Shown one piece after another: positions 48,871 to 57,749 of a stretch of 64,000 bases of DNA. How positions within the stretch are numbered: position 1 is the first letter of the stretch; each line of letters starts with the position of its first letter. The position numbers and the translations under genes are program-made. The DNA is taken from positions 12,939-76,938 of the forward strand of contig JAVCCW010000029.1 in the NCBI GenBank assembly GCA_030765235.1, given 5' to 3'. This stretch comes from Candidatus Gorgyraea atricola (GTDB lineage: Bacteria; Omnitrophota; Gorgyraeia; Gorgyraeales; Gorgyraeaceae). The notes below the pieces were generated by a model. That model worked only from the letters and a program-made list of their open reading frames with translations, did not search any database and was not told where the DNA came from.

Positions 48871-49979
48871 TGAAACAGAACCTTTTAATACTAAACGCGT
48901 CTTTATCAGGATCAAATAGATTTCTATTTGAATCCCTGAAGAAACGCGGCTGGAATCTTATTGTCAAAGATGTCCCGATTCCTGCAAGATATAAATTATG
49001 GAGCCTTTTAAAGACCTTTAATTTCAATAAGTCTAAATGGGGCAATGCGTATCGTGACTATTTAGGACGATATACAATAACACCCAGTGTTTTTCGCGAA
49101 AGGAGCAGGATCTGCGAAAGATATTTAGCCAGTCACAGTCATGAGTATGATCTGATTTTACAGATCGGGTCTTTATTCGCGCCCAGCCTTAAGTCAATAA
49201 ATAAAAAATACGTTATCTTCTCTGACTATACAACAAGGCTTGCTGAAAAGCATTTTCCTGAATGGGCGCCTTTGTCTTCCAAGCGCCAGAGCGATGAGTT
49301 GCTCGAATTACAGAAAGGCCTTTATCAAAGGGCCGCCATGGTCTTTACGACCAGCAATAATACGCGCAGATCCATGATCAGCGATTATGGCGTAAGAGAA
49401 GAAAGATCGATGACTGTGGGTTATGGATTGCCTTTTAGCGTATTTCCACACGCAGAGAAAAAGCAATACGATAGGAAGACCATACTTTTTATAGGCAATA
49501 ATTTTAAAAGAAAAGGGGGATTTACATTATTAGAGGCTTTTAAGAATGTAAGGAATAAAATAAAGGATGTACGCCTGATCATAATAGGTCCAAACCAGGT
49601 TTTGGCAGAAGTAGAAGGCGTTGAATGGAAAGGCCACATAAAGGATAGAGATATGATCGGGGATTTTCTTAATAAGTCTTCAATATTCGCTATGCCATCT
49701 TTCTGTGAACCATTTGGCCTGGTTTTTTTAGAGGCCATGTCCTACAGGCTTCCCTGCATAGGCTCTAGAGTAGATGCCATGCCAGAGATAGTAGAGGAGG
49801 GAAAGACAGGATTTTTGGTTAATGCGGGGGATGCTGATGATTTAGGGCGCAAGATAACACTTCTTTTGGAGGATAAAAAATTAATGGAGACTATGGGTGA
49901 AGCTGGAGCTAAAAGAGTGAAAGAGCGCTTTACATGGGATAAAGTCGCAGAAAAGATAATGGAGGCAAAATATGTCTAA
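48870..49979 (+). CDS. Glycosyltransferase family 4
   Basis: RKGG; EPFGLVFLEAMSYRLPCIG; FTWDKVA. Confidence 0.9.
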   Translation: MKQNLLILNASLSGSNRFLFESLKKRGWNLIVKDVPIPARYKLWSLLKTFNFNKSKWGNAYRDYLGRYTITPSVFRERSRICERYLASHSHEYDLILQIGSLFAPSLKSINKKYVIFSDYTTRLAEKHFPEWAPLSSKRQSDELLELQKGLYQRAAMVFTTSNNTRRSMISDYGVREERSMTVGYGLPFSVFPHAEKKQYDRKTILFIGNNFKRKGGFTLLEAFKNVRNKIKDVRLIIIGPNQVLAEVEGVEWKGHIKDRDMIGDFLNKSSIFAMPSFCEPFGLVFLEAMSYRLPCIGSRVDAMPEIVEEGKTGFLVNAGDADDLGRKITLLLEDKKLMETMGEAGAKRVKERFTWDKVAEKIMEAKYV

Positions 49980-50136
49980 TGTAACCAAAGTCGAACTAAA
50001 ATTTCGAAAACTCCCCAATAACCCCGACATGTTCGAGTTCACAGTAAGCTCGCCATTACTAAGGTCCCAATTCTGCGTACCTAGGGCTATCGTCAATCAG
50101 CTGCGCGTAGATCTGGAAAAGGCATTGACGAGATAG
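49972..50136 (+). CDS. Small protein, 54 aa (MSNVTKVELKFRKLPNNPDMFEFTVSSPLLRSQFCVPRAIVNQLRVDLEKALTR)
   Basis: GGAGG 49961-49965 then ATG 49972, overlapping the GT4 stop; below the ORF-track cutoff. Confidence 0.6.
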   Translation: MSNVTKVELKFRKLPNNPDMFEFTVSSPLLRSQFCVPRAIVNQLRVDLEKALTR

Positions 50137-50187
50137 GAAATTTTACCTATCTACTTGTAATCATTATAGATATATCAAAAATTTTAC

Positions 50188-50216
50188 TTGCAATCTAGTA
50201 TATTTTGTGCTATACT
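50188..50216 (+). promoter_or_regulatory. sigma70 promoter
   Basis: TTGCAA, 17-bp spacer, TATACT with extended TG. Confidence 0.65.
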
Positions 50217-50263
50217 TAATATGACCTTATAAATAGGGAAAAGGCTATTTTTTTGGCTAAATT

Positions 50264-51842
50264 ATGTTAAAGTTTAATAAAGCTCTCAATTTAAAGATAA
50301 TCTTAATAACAGCGGGTTTTTTATTTATACTTAGCCCCCCCTCTATGCTATGCTTTTTTTAATGGCAAAACATTGCGAATCCCACTTGAAGGCTATAGGC
50401 GCGCTGCAAATAAACTAAAACAGGAAAAAAGCAATAAAACATCTTCCTTCCAAAGAGAGAACTTCAAAGCTATATTGAGAGACGAAGGTTTGGTCGGGTT
50501 TGTCAGAGATGAATACTGTCTGAGGTTATTAAGGAGGTATGGAGATCAAAAAAGTTTTTACCTAACCGCAACATCGAAACTTATCAAAAGTACAGGTTTC
50601 GCAAGAGAATACTTTCTGAATACTTCGGATAAACTAGGTTTAAGAATAGTAGACTCTAAAAACGCTTCAACAAAGCGTATGTCCGTAAGATTAATAGATA
50701 AATGGCTTGCAGAAAAACGAGAAAATGAAAAGTTGATTCTAAAAGATTCTATAATTAATAAACCCAGGGAATGGGAAGCAGTAAATGAATACCTTAAAAA
50801 GTTTGTTTATCAATCTTTAGGCATAGCCAGAGCGAAAGATGAAAAAGTAAAATTAGAACTGATGAACCTGTGTTATCAGACACTTTATAAAGGAAATGAG
50901 AACTCTCACATAGGTCGACTTAATGAAATTATGGATGGAATAGGAAAAAGTAAAAATGTAACTAATTTAAGAATAAATAGTATTTTAAAAGACGAATTTA
51001 TAGCTTTTTTAAATTCCCACATAGAGGATATGAAAAAACAGGCGATTCTGACCGTAAAGAGAAAATCAGAAAAGATAACATTTAAAGGAAAGACAAGATT
51101 TTCGGGGCGTAATAATGTTTCGGAAAAAGAAGGCCCAAAAGAAGACCCATTGGTGATGGCCATACTGGAAGAAAAAGAAGCTCTTTTAGTGAAACAGCAA
51201 GCACCCGGACGCAAAGGTGAAAGCTTAACAAAAGGTGCAATAGTAGAACATCCTACTTTTGGCAGGGGGATTGTTAGTAAAATAGATTCCGCAGGACAGA
51301 AGATCACAGTTAAGTTTGATAAAGTGGGAGTCAAAAAACTTGCTATTCAACATGCGAATTTAAAGGTTGTTGTAGATAATGATGATATGTCCATTCCTAA
51401 GAATACTAATGGCCATTGGTCCATAATAAACAAAGAGTACCCGCCTCTATTGCATAATAATGGATTAATGAAAGACCAAATAGACTTAAAGGCCTTGCCA
51501 ACAGCCTCACTTGTATATATGACTGATATAGACAGTCAGGATGTTTATATTATAGAAGTTATTGATGATGGCCGCGTAAAATTATGGCTTAATTATAACC
51601 TTGGTTGTGCGGTTGGAAAAGCAGAATTGATTTCGACTAACTTTGGAAAAGGGGTATTGAATAAAGGAGAGAGGATAGCATTGCCGATACCATTGTCTAA
51701 TTTAGACGGAGATGGTGAAGTGTTGGATTTTTATGAAATTTCAGGCAGATGGAGCATCAATGAATTCTCATATTTTGATGTTTTGTATCCCGAGGATTCT
51801 AAGGTAATATCTGATAATATCGATCTAAGGTCTTCACTTTAA
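50264..51842 (+). pseudogene. Signal-peptide protein with a PcrA/UvrD-type C-terminal tudor domain; +1 frameshift in a C7 run
   Basis: The ATG 50264 frame stops at 50360-50362. Deleting one C of 50335-50341 gives MLKFNKALNLKIILITAGFLFILSPPLCYA-FFNGKTLRIPL joined to ORF 50373-51842, which contains GAIVEHPTFGRGIV...ITVKFDKVGVKKLAIQHANL. Confidence 0.6.
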
Positions 51843-51867
51843 TATATAATGTAGAGTAGCAGTAGCA

Positions 51868-51893
51868 GTAGGCCAGGTTTAAACCTGGCCTAC
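51868..51893. repeat. GTAG-type REP palindrome with 10-bp palindromic flanks
   Basis: AGCAGTAGCA-GTAGGCCAGGTTTAAACCTGGCCTAC-TGCTACTGCT. Confidence 0.9.
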
Positions 51894-51959
51894 TGCTACT
51901 GCTTAGTGTTGACCTCTGTCCCCACGCCCCCAAAGTTCTATACAAATTTTTCACAAAAT

Positions 51960-51998
51960 TTGAAACTTTGCCCTATTTAGGCTATAATTAGGGCAAAG
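51960..51998 (+). promoter_or_regulatory. sigma70 promoter with an inverted repeat straddling the -10 box
   Basis: TTGAAA, 17-bp spacer, TATAAT; CTTTGCCCTA-N13-TAGGGCAAAG. Confidence 0.5.
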
Positions 51999-52007
51999 GG
52001 AGATGCC

Positions 52008-53744
52008 ATGGAGATGGATTCTACTCAGAATACAAAAAAGAAGAAGATAATAGCTGCAGTGATTTTATTGGCAATTTTTATAGGTGCCGGCTATTTTTTA
52101 TTTACTAGCGGGACAGCAGTTAAGCTATACAAACATGCTAAGTTTATAATGCAGAAGAAATTATATGCGACTGAGGAAATCCTAGAATACGACTACAAAG
52201 ATAAGGTAGCACTGCATTTTAGAGATGGAAGCACAATGATAGGGGGGCTGGCAGGTATAACAAAAGACGCGTATCATATTGATTGGAAAGGTGAGGAGAT
52301 CATTGTCTATCTTGATATGGTAGATCGTATAACCCCTCCTAAGGAGGCCCTGAAAGAAAAAACCTTGCTTTCAGACGAAGAGATCTCAGAACATTGGCCT
52401 TTTAAGAATGATGTTGTAATAAGACTGAATAACAGGAGTATCCTGGACGCCAAGATCGATCGAGTAGATCCAGATAAACTCTATTTATCGTATGCTACAG
52501 AAGGAGGGGGAAGCATTGAACAGGATATTGAGCGCTCAGAGATCCAATATCTTATTTTTAAGCCAGTAGATAATGAAGAGAGCAGGAATACAGAGGATTC
52601 ACTTAAAAGGCTTTTTCCAGAGATGGAGTTTTACAAAGATGGGAATTTTACTATTGTAACTGATTCATATATTACATGGGTTAAAAGATGCAGGAAGGTT
52701 TTAAGAAAGACATATACAGATATCTATTTAGAGTTTTTTGATATCTTTAAAGACAGGGAGCCGAAACTTCAGAATTTTGTAGTAATATTTGATGACTATG
52801 TTGATTTTGTTGAATATGCCGTGTCAGATGGCGTGCCAGGATGGGCAGCCGCAGGTTATTTTACGCCAGAGGACAAGGTGCTTTACCTTTTTAATGTATT
52901 AGGAGACAGATTTGCAGAGCTGTTGTTTGAAGGTATAGTCGGGGAAAGCGGAAGGCAGATTAATCAGATAGTGGATGCGATCGAGACCCGCGTAGATAAG
53001 AGATATCATATCTATGTCGAAGGCCGAGCAAAGAAGATTAAAAACAAGTTCTGGAAAGTATACAACTATTACGAGAATATGTTCATAAATATGACGATGT
53101 CTACATTGAGGCATGAATTTACTCACGAACTCTTTCATAACTGGGGCCTGCAAAACATAACTCTTTCAAGGTTTAAAGGGCCCGACAAAGAGCTTATAAA
53201 AAGGAAAAAGGCATTTCTGGAGGAAAAGGATTACAAAAAAAAGGCAAAGGTCTTAAAGAAGCTGCTTGAGCAGAAGAGCGAGGATGTGCCGCTTGATATG
53301 AAGGCTGCAAATTCATGGCTTTCAGAGGGCATGGCTACATATTGCGAGCCAGATGAACTCGGCGCCCAGAACGATAGGAGGTTATTTATCTACCAGGAGA
53401 TGACCAGAAAAGGCCCTGTATACCCATTGGAATTTTTAACAGCTTATAAAATGGGAAGTTTCCCAGGGGTCTATTCAAGGGCCATGCGGGACATGTATGC
53501 CCAAAGCTGGGCATTTGTCTCTTTTTTGATGAAGAGATATCCGAAAGAATTTATGGAATACCAAAATAGGTTAGCAGGTGAAACTGCTAAATACTCTGAA
53601 GATATAAATTGGCTGCTAGAGGCCTTAGGCAAAGATTCAAAGACAATAGAGAGAGAATTTGCAGAATACATGGCTGGCTTTGAAGAATTAGAAGATCCCT
53701 TCCTGATCCGTTTTGATGTAATCAACAACGCCTTTAAGTATTGA
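52008..53744 (+). CDS. Membrane-anchored zincin/peptidase-MA-like (DUF1570-type) protein
   Basis: N-terminal TM; RHEFTHELFH; WLSEGMATY; YAQSWAFVSFL. Confidence 0.7.
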   Translation: MEMDSTQNTKKKKIIAAVILLAIFIGAGYFLFTSGTAVKLYKHAKFIMQKKLYATEEILEYDYKDKVALHFRDGSTMIGGLAGITKDAYHIDWKGEEIIVYLDMVDRITPPKEALKEKTLLSDEEISEHWPFKNDVVIRLNNRSILDAKIDRVDPDKLYLSYATEGGGSIEQDIERSEIQYLIFKPVDNEESRNTEDSLKRLFPEMEFYKDGNFTIVTDSYITWVKRCRKVLRKTYTDIYLEFFDIFKDREPKLQNFVVIFDDYVDFVEYAVSDGVPGWAAAGYFTPEDKVLYLFNVLGDRFAELLFEGIVGESGRQINQIVDAIETRVDKRYHIYVEGRAKKIKNKFWKVYNYYENMFINMTMSTLRHEFTHELFHNWGLQNITLSRFKGPDKELIKRKKAFLEEKDYKKKAKVLKKLLEQKSEDVPLDMKAANSWLSEGMATYCEPDELGAQNDRRLFIYQEMTRKGPVYPLEFLTAYKMGSFPGVYSRAMRDMYAQSWAFVSFLMKRYPKEFMEYQNRLAGETAKYSEDINWLLEALGKDSKTIEREFAEYMAGFEELEDPFLIRFDVINNAFKY

Positions 53745-53817
53745 ATTTTGGAGCATCTTGAGTCACCTACAATTGTGAACAGACCCAGAAGGAAGTCAGG
53801 TTATATAAACAGATGGG

Positions 53818-53922
53818 CTACCTAAGTCTAGGAAAGAAGTTATGCATAATAAAGACATAAACCCAGGAAAAGAACCAAGCAATTATCAATATGATGCCTA
53901 TGATTTTTAAGAATTTATTCAT
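53818..53922 (-). CDS. Small hydrophobic membrane peptide, 34 aa (MNKFLKIIGIILIIAWFFSWVYVFIMHNFFPRLR)
   Basis: Minus-strand promoter TTGCAA (53959-53954), 17-bp spacer, TATAAT (53936-53931), directly before GTG ATG; single TM. Confidence 0.5.
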   Translation of the reverse strand: MNKFLKIIGIILIIAWFFSWVYVFIMHNFFPRLR

Positions 53923-54115
53923 CACTTTAAATTATACCTTAGGGAAAGAGGGTTTGCAAGGGGGAGTGCGAGTAAATAATCCTCCCCTGTATTTTTAAGG
54001 ATTTTTTGATAAGGAAAAGTTAAAGGTAAAAATACGTTCGTTTGTTTAGTGGGTTATTTTATCCTATTTGACTTTTGAGGTGTACAGGGTATACTTTTGG
54101 GAATAAGGAGAGGTT

Positions 54116-54439
54116 ATGGATAAGAAGGATAAAACTTCAGTTAATATATTGAGTATTATTTTCTTAGTGCTTGATACCCTCATTTTAATTGCCACTCCTT
54201 TAATACAAGGGAAAATGTATGGTTTATACCAAGAATTTGGGATAAAGTTACCTTCATTTATGCACATAATTTTCTTTCATAAGTATATTTTTATTATCAT
54301 AGCCCTGATTTTAATAGCAAAAGAGTTTGCAAAAAATAAAATGAATTGCATTATTAACATAGTAACGTTTATTATATTAGGTTTTTTATTAATGGGACCT
54401 ATTCTCATTGGTTTTTTATCACCACTTTCTAACTTCTGA
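54116..54439 (+). CDS. Small three-TM membrane protein
   Basis: SD AAGGAG; hydrophobic segments; TTGACT-16-TATACT upstream. Confidence 0.65.
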   Translation: MDKKDKTSVNILSIIFLVLDTLILIATPLIQGKMYGLYQEFGIKLPSFMHIIFFHKYIFIIIALILIAKEFAKNKMNCIINIVTFIILGFLLMGPILIGFLSPLSNF

Positions 54440-54483
54440 AAAGGAATTTTAAGAACAAGTAGCCCTAAAGTAGTAGGCCAGTA

Positions 54484-54505
54484 GTAGGCCAGGTTTAAAC
54501 CTGGC
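54484..54505. repeat. Partial REP downstream of the RAYT gene
   Basis: GTAGGCCAGGTTTAAACCTGGC, preceded by a truncated GTAGGCCA. Confidence 0.8.
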
Positions 54506-54529
54506 ACCATGCATGTTACATACTACAAA

Positions 54530-55015
54530 TTACGGTTCTATCTTATCAATTTCTGGTATTCCTGAATAATTATTGCCAAAGTAGTAGTTATAACTTGAAA
54601 AAGGATACTCATCTGGCGTTGTTGTCAATTTTGCACGGACAGGATTATTATGGATGTATTCTATTTTCTGAAGCAGAACATCATGATTCCTGAGGCCTGT
54701 ATCATAGAATCTGTCTTGCCAGACTTTTCCTTGCGTTGAGAGCATTTTATTATATTTTCTTGCGAAATTACCTTTAATCATCTTCATGATATATGAAATA
54801 TTATAGATGCCATAGGTTTGAATTATGAGATGTAAATGGTCGGGCATTAAGCAGTAGGCAAATAGTTTATAGTCCAGAACCAGTTTAAAGAATTCGATTG
54901 TGGCCAAGAGGATTTTGCAGTTCCGTTCGTCACGGAAGATAGGCTTTCTATTGAAAGTTGCAGTAGTGATAAGATATGGATATCCCTCTTCGAAATATCT
55001 TTTGAGTCTGCCCAT
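54530..55015 (-). mobile_element. rayT: REP-associated tyrosine transposase (RAYT / TnpA-REP, Y1 HUH family)
   Basis: YLITTAT.NRKPIF; AYCLMPDHLHLI (HUH); VWQDRFYD; YIHNNPV (catalytic Tyr); YPFSSY; REPs on both sides. Confidence 0.92.
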
Positions 55016-55030
55016 GAATTCCTTTCTGTA

Positions 55031-55088
55031 GTAGGCCGGGTTTAAACCCGGCCTACTGGATCGTAGGCCAGGTTTAAACCTGGCCTAC
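55031..55088. repeat. Two tandem REP palindromes upstream of the RAYT gene
   Basis: GTAGGCCGGGTTTAAACCCGGCCTAC (55031-55056) and GTAGGCCAGGTTTAAACCTGGCCTAC (55063-55088). Confidence 0.92.
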
Positions 55089-55105
55089 CGGTTAGATTAC
55101 CAGGA

Positions 55106-56632
55106 TTACCAACTGGTCTTGTCTAGGCTTCTTAGTTGTATGCTTTCAGAGACGTGGTTGGGTTCTATGTTGGATTTTCCCTCCAAGTCTGCAATTGTCC
55201 TGGAAATCTTCAGGATCTTGTCGTAGCATCTGGCGCTGAAGCCCATTTCTGTTATTGCTTGCTTTAGGAGACCCTGTGCAGCCTCGTCTAATCTGCAGTA
55301 TTTTCTGATAAGCTTATGAGGCATCTGGGAGTTTGCGAATATGCCATGGTCTTTGAGTCTAGTCAGCTGGATTTTTCTTGCAGCTTCAACCCTTGCCTTT
55401 ATTACTTCTGATTTTTCCCCGCAGGCCTCGCCTGAAAGCTCTTTGTATCTGACAGGAGGGACCTCTATGTGGATGTCGATCCTGTCTAAGAGCGGCCCTG
55501 AGATCCTGGACATGTATTTCTGTATTCTTGGAGATGTGCAAAGACATTCTTTCTTTGGATCAGTTAAAAAACCACAAGGGCACGGGTTCATCGAGGCCAC
55601 AAGAGTAAACTTGGACGGGAATCTCAAGGTAGCGCTTACCCTGGAAATAGTTACGTACCCATCTTCAAGAGGCTGCCTCAATGCCTCCAGGACATTCCTG
55701 TGAAATTCAGGCAGCTCGTCCATAAAAAGCACACCGTTATGCGCTAGGCTCACCTCGCCTGGCTTTGGCGTGCTTCCACCGCCAACAAGCGATGAGTCAG
55801 AAGAGGTGTGATGTGGCGTTCTAAAGGGCCTTGTGTTTATTATTGCCTTTTTTGTTGGGACAAGGCCGCATATGCTGTAAATCTTTGTAGTCTCAATAGC
55901 TTCTTCAAGTGTCATATCAGGCATGATCGTGGGCAGCCTCTTAGCGAGCATTGTCTTTCCGCTGCCAGGAGGACCTATCATGATGATATTATGACCTCCT
56001 GCTGCAGCGATCTCCATGGCCCTTTTTGCATAGACCTGGCCTTTTACGTCTGAGAAATCAGTTTCATAGTCGCGTTTTTTATTTAGATGGATCTGCGCAG
56101 TATAAGGTAAGGGTGAGAGCGAGTTTATGTCGTTTATAAAATCACACACGCTATTGAGCCTGTCTACAGGATAGACCTCCAGGCCTTCTACTACGCTGGC
56201 CTCATATGCATTTTCTTCTGGCAGGATCAGTTTTTTACGCGAGTTCTTTAAAGATATTGCAATAGGCAGGACCCCTTTTACAGGCCTTATGCTGCCATTA
56301 AGGGCAAGCTCTCCCAGGAATACAAAGTCCTTTATGTTCTTATAATCTATCTGCTCAGATGCAACAAGTATCCCTATTGCCATAGGAAGGTCAAAGCAAG
56401 GACCTTCTTTCTTTATGTCGCATGGCGCAAGGTTTACTGTTATCTTTTTAGAAGGATACTTGAACTGGCTGTTTTTTATAGCTGAGCGCACCCTGTCCCT
56501 GGACTCTCGTATAGCAGTATCAGGGAGACCTACAATAGCCACTTGCGGCAGCCCGCTCGCTATATCTACCTCGATCTCGATCTCTCTTGCTTCAATGCCA
56601 ATAGTGGTTGCTGAAAATACCTTTGATAACAT
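55106..56632 (-). CDS. comM: YifB/ComM-family Mg-chelatase-like AAA+ ATPase
   Basis: IVGLPD; VNLAP; GPPGSGKTMLA; PFRTPHH; GEVSLAHNGVLFMDELPEF; ISGPLLDRID; SD GGGAGG before ATG 56632. Confidence 0.93.
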   Translation of the reverse strand: MLSKVFSATTIGIEAREIEIEVDIASGLPQVAIVGLPDTAIRESRDRVRSAIKNSQFKYPSKKITVNLAPCDIKKEGPCFDLPMAIGILVASEQIDYKNIKDFVFLGELALNGSIRPVKGVLPIAISLKNSRKKLILPEENAYEASVVEGLEVYPVDRLNSVCDFINDINSLSPLPYTAQIHLNKKRDYETDFSDVKGQVYAKRAMEIAAAGGHNIIMIGPPGSGKTMLAKRLPTIMPDMTLEEAIETTKIYSICGLVPTKKAIINTRPFRTPHHTSSDSSLVGGGSTPKPGEVSLAHNGVLFMDELPEFHRNVLEALRQPLEDGYVTISRVSATLRFPSKFTLVASMNPCPCGFLTDPKKECLCTSPRIQKYMSRISGPLLDRIDIHIEVPPVRYKELSGEACGEKSEVIKARVEAARKIQLTRLKDHGIFANSQMPHKLIRKYCRLDEAAQGLLKQAITEMGFSARCYDKILKISRTIADLEGKSNIEPNHVSESIQLRSLDKTSW

Positions 56633-56654
56633 ATAGACCACCTCCCTTTTAATA

Positions 56655-56680
56655 GTAGCCCAGGTTTAAATCTGGGCTAC
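56655..56680. repeat. GTAG-type REP palindrome (one mismatch)
   Basis: GTAGCCCAGGTTTAAATCTGGGCTAC with TAATA/TATTA flanks. Confidence 0.85.
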
Positions 56681-56754
56681 TATTATAATAGACACATCTA
56701 AGGGGTGGTTTTCTTTCAATTTTTTTAAGGATATCGGGTTTTATGCTGGCTCCC

Positions 56755-56783
56755 TTGACAATACCTATATTGTAATGTATACT
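56755..56783 (+). promoter_or_regulatory. sigma70 promoter of the porin pair
   Basis: TTGACA, 17-bp spacer, TATACT. Confidence 0.75.
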
Positions 56784-56818
56784 TCATTATAAAATAAACT
56801 GAAGTATTATACTTTATT

Positions 56819-57676
56819 ATGAAGAAACTCTGTATTTTATATTCTTTATTGATTACAGCTATATTTGCCAATAGTGGGGTTGCGTTTGCCGCAACTGTAG
56901 GTAATTCCCTTGATCTTGATGTGCCAAATGTCTCTGCTATATTGAAACAGGAGGCTGTGAGTAAAGCCCTTGATGGCTATGAACAGATGATAAAGATAAA
57001 GGCAGCGCTGGATATGGAATTTCTATTTGATAAAGATCTAAATGGACCTAATGAAGTAGGAGGCGCTGAGCTATCAGGAGAGTCTTATATGGTAAAGCTG
57101 GGCGTTACTATTTTTGACAGGGTAGAGCCATATATCAAGATAGGCGCATCAAGGTTAGACGCGAAATGGAGACAGAATAGTGCATTGGACATAGAGGTTG
57201 CATCTGATCAGGGTTTTGCATGGGGCGGTGGCATAAAGGGGATTATCTGGGATTTCGATGGTTCGGGTATTCGCCTGACAGGCGATGTTCAATGCAGGAT
57301 TACAGATCTGGACGTAAGCGATATTGAGCGGGGAGGTACTGTCATAACTGATACAGGCGCAGATTTTAAAGTAGATGAATGGCAGGCATCCATTGCTATG
57401 AGTAAGAAGTATGAGCTTCCTTTAAAATGGCAGAATATCTACTTAGTGCCTTATACAGGTTTGACGCTTTCTGATTCAACAGTAGATATAAGCTTTAAAA
57501 ATCCAGATGATACTACGCAGGATTGGACGCTCTATGACGCGAATAATGATTCCATGTTTGGTTTTTTTCTGGGATGCGACATTATGCCGACCTTGTCAAG
57601 CTCGTTTATATACAGCATAGAGGTCAGGCTTATTAATGAGATGGCGCTTACGCTTGGCGGCGCAATGAAGTTTTGA
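56819..57676 (+). CDS. Outer-membrane porin-like protein resembling chlamydial MOMP/PorB
   Basis: Signal peptide; ATVGN; FAWGGGIKGIIWD; EWQASIAMS; VPYTG; EVRLINEMALTLGGAMKF. Confidence 0.65.
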   Translation: MKKLCILYSLLITAIFANSGVAFAATVGNSLDLDVPNVSAILKQEAVSKALDGYEQMIKIKAALDMEFLFDKDLNGPNEVGGAELSGESYMVKLGVTIFDRVEPYIKIGASRLDAKWRQNSALDIEVASDQGFAWGGGIKGIIWDFDGSGIRLTGDVQCRITDLDVSDIERGGTVITDTGADFKVDEWQASIAMSKKYELPLKWQNIYLVPYTGLTLSDSTVDISFKNPDDTTQDWTLYDANNDSMFGFFLGCDIMPTLSSSFIYSIEVRLINEMALTLGGAMKF

Positions 57677-57717
57677 AAGAGGGTATAAAAATGACCTATT
57701 CGACACAAACTCAAGGT

Positions 57718-57749
57718 CATCCTGAGCGACTGAAAGGAGTCGAAGGATG
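57718..57749. repeat. CCTGAGCG...GTCGAAGG miniature element (related copy at 61375-61430)
   Basis: CATCCTGAGCGACTGAAAGGAGTCGAAGGATG; its 3' end supplies the ATG of 57747. Confidence 0.6.

Noticed and set aside
10178-56680. Recurrent 26-bp palindrome as a CRISPR repeat
   Set aside because: Copies are dispersed with no regular spacers and no cas genes; a RAYT explains them.
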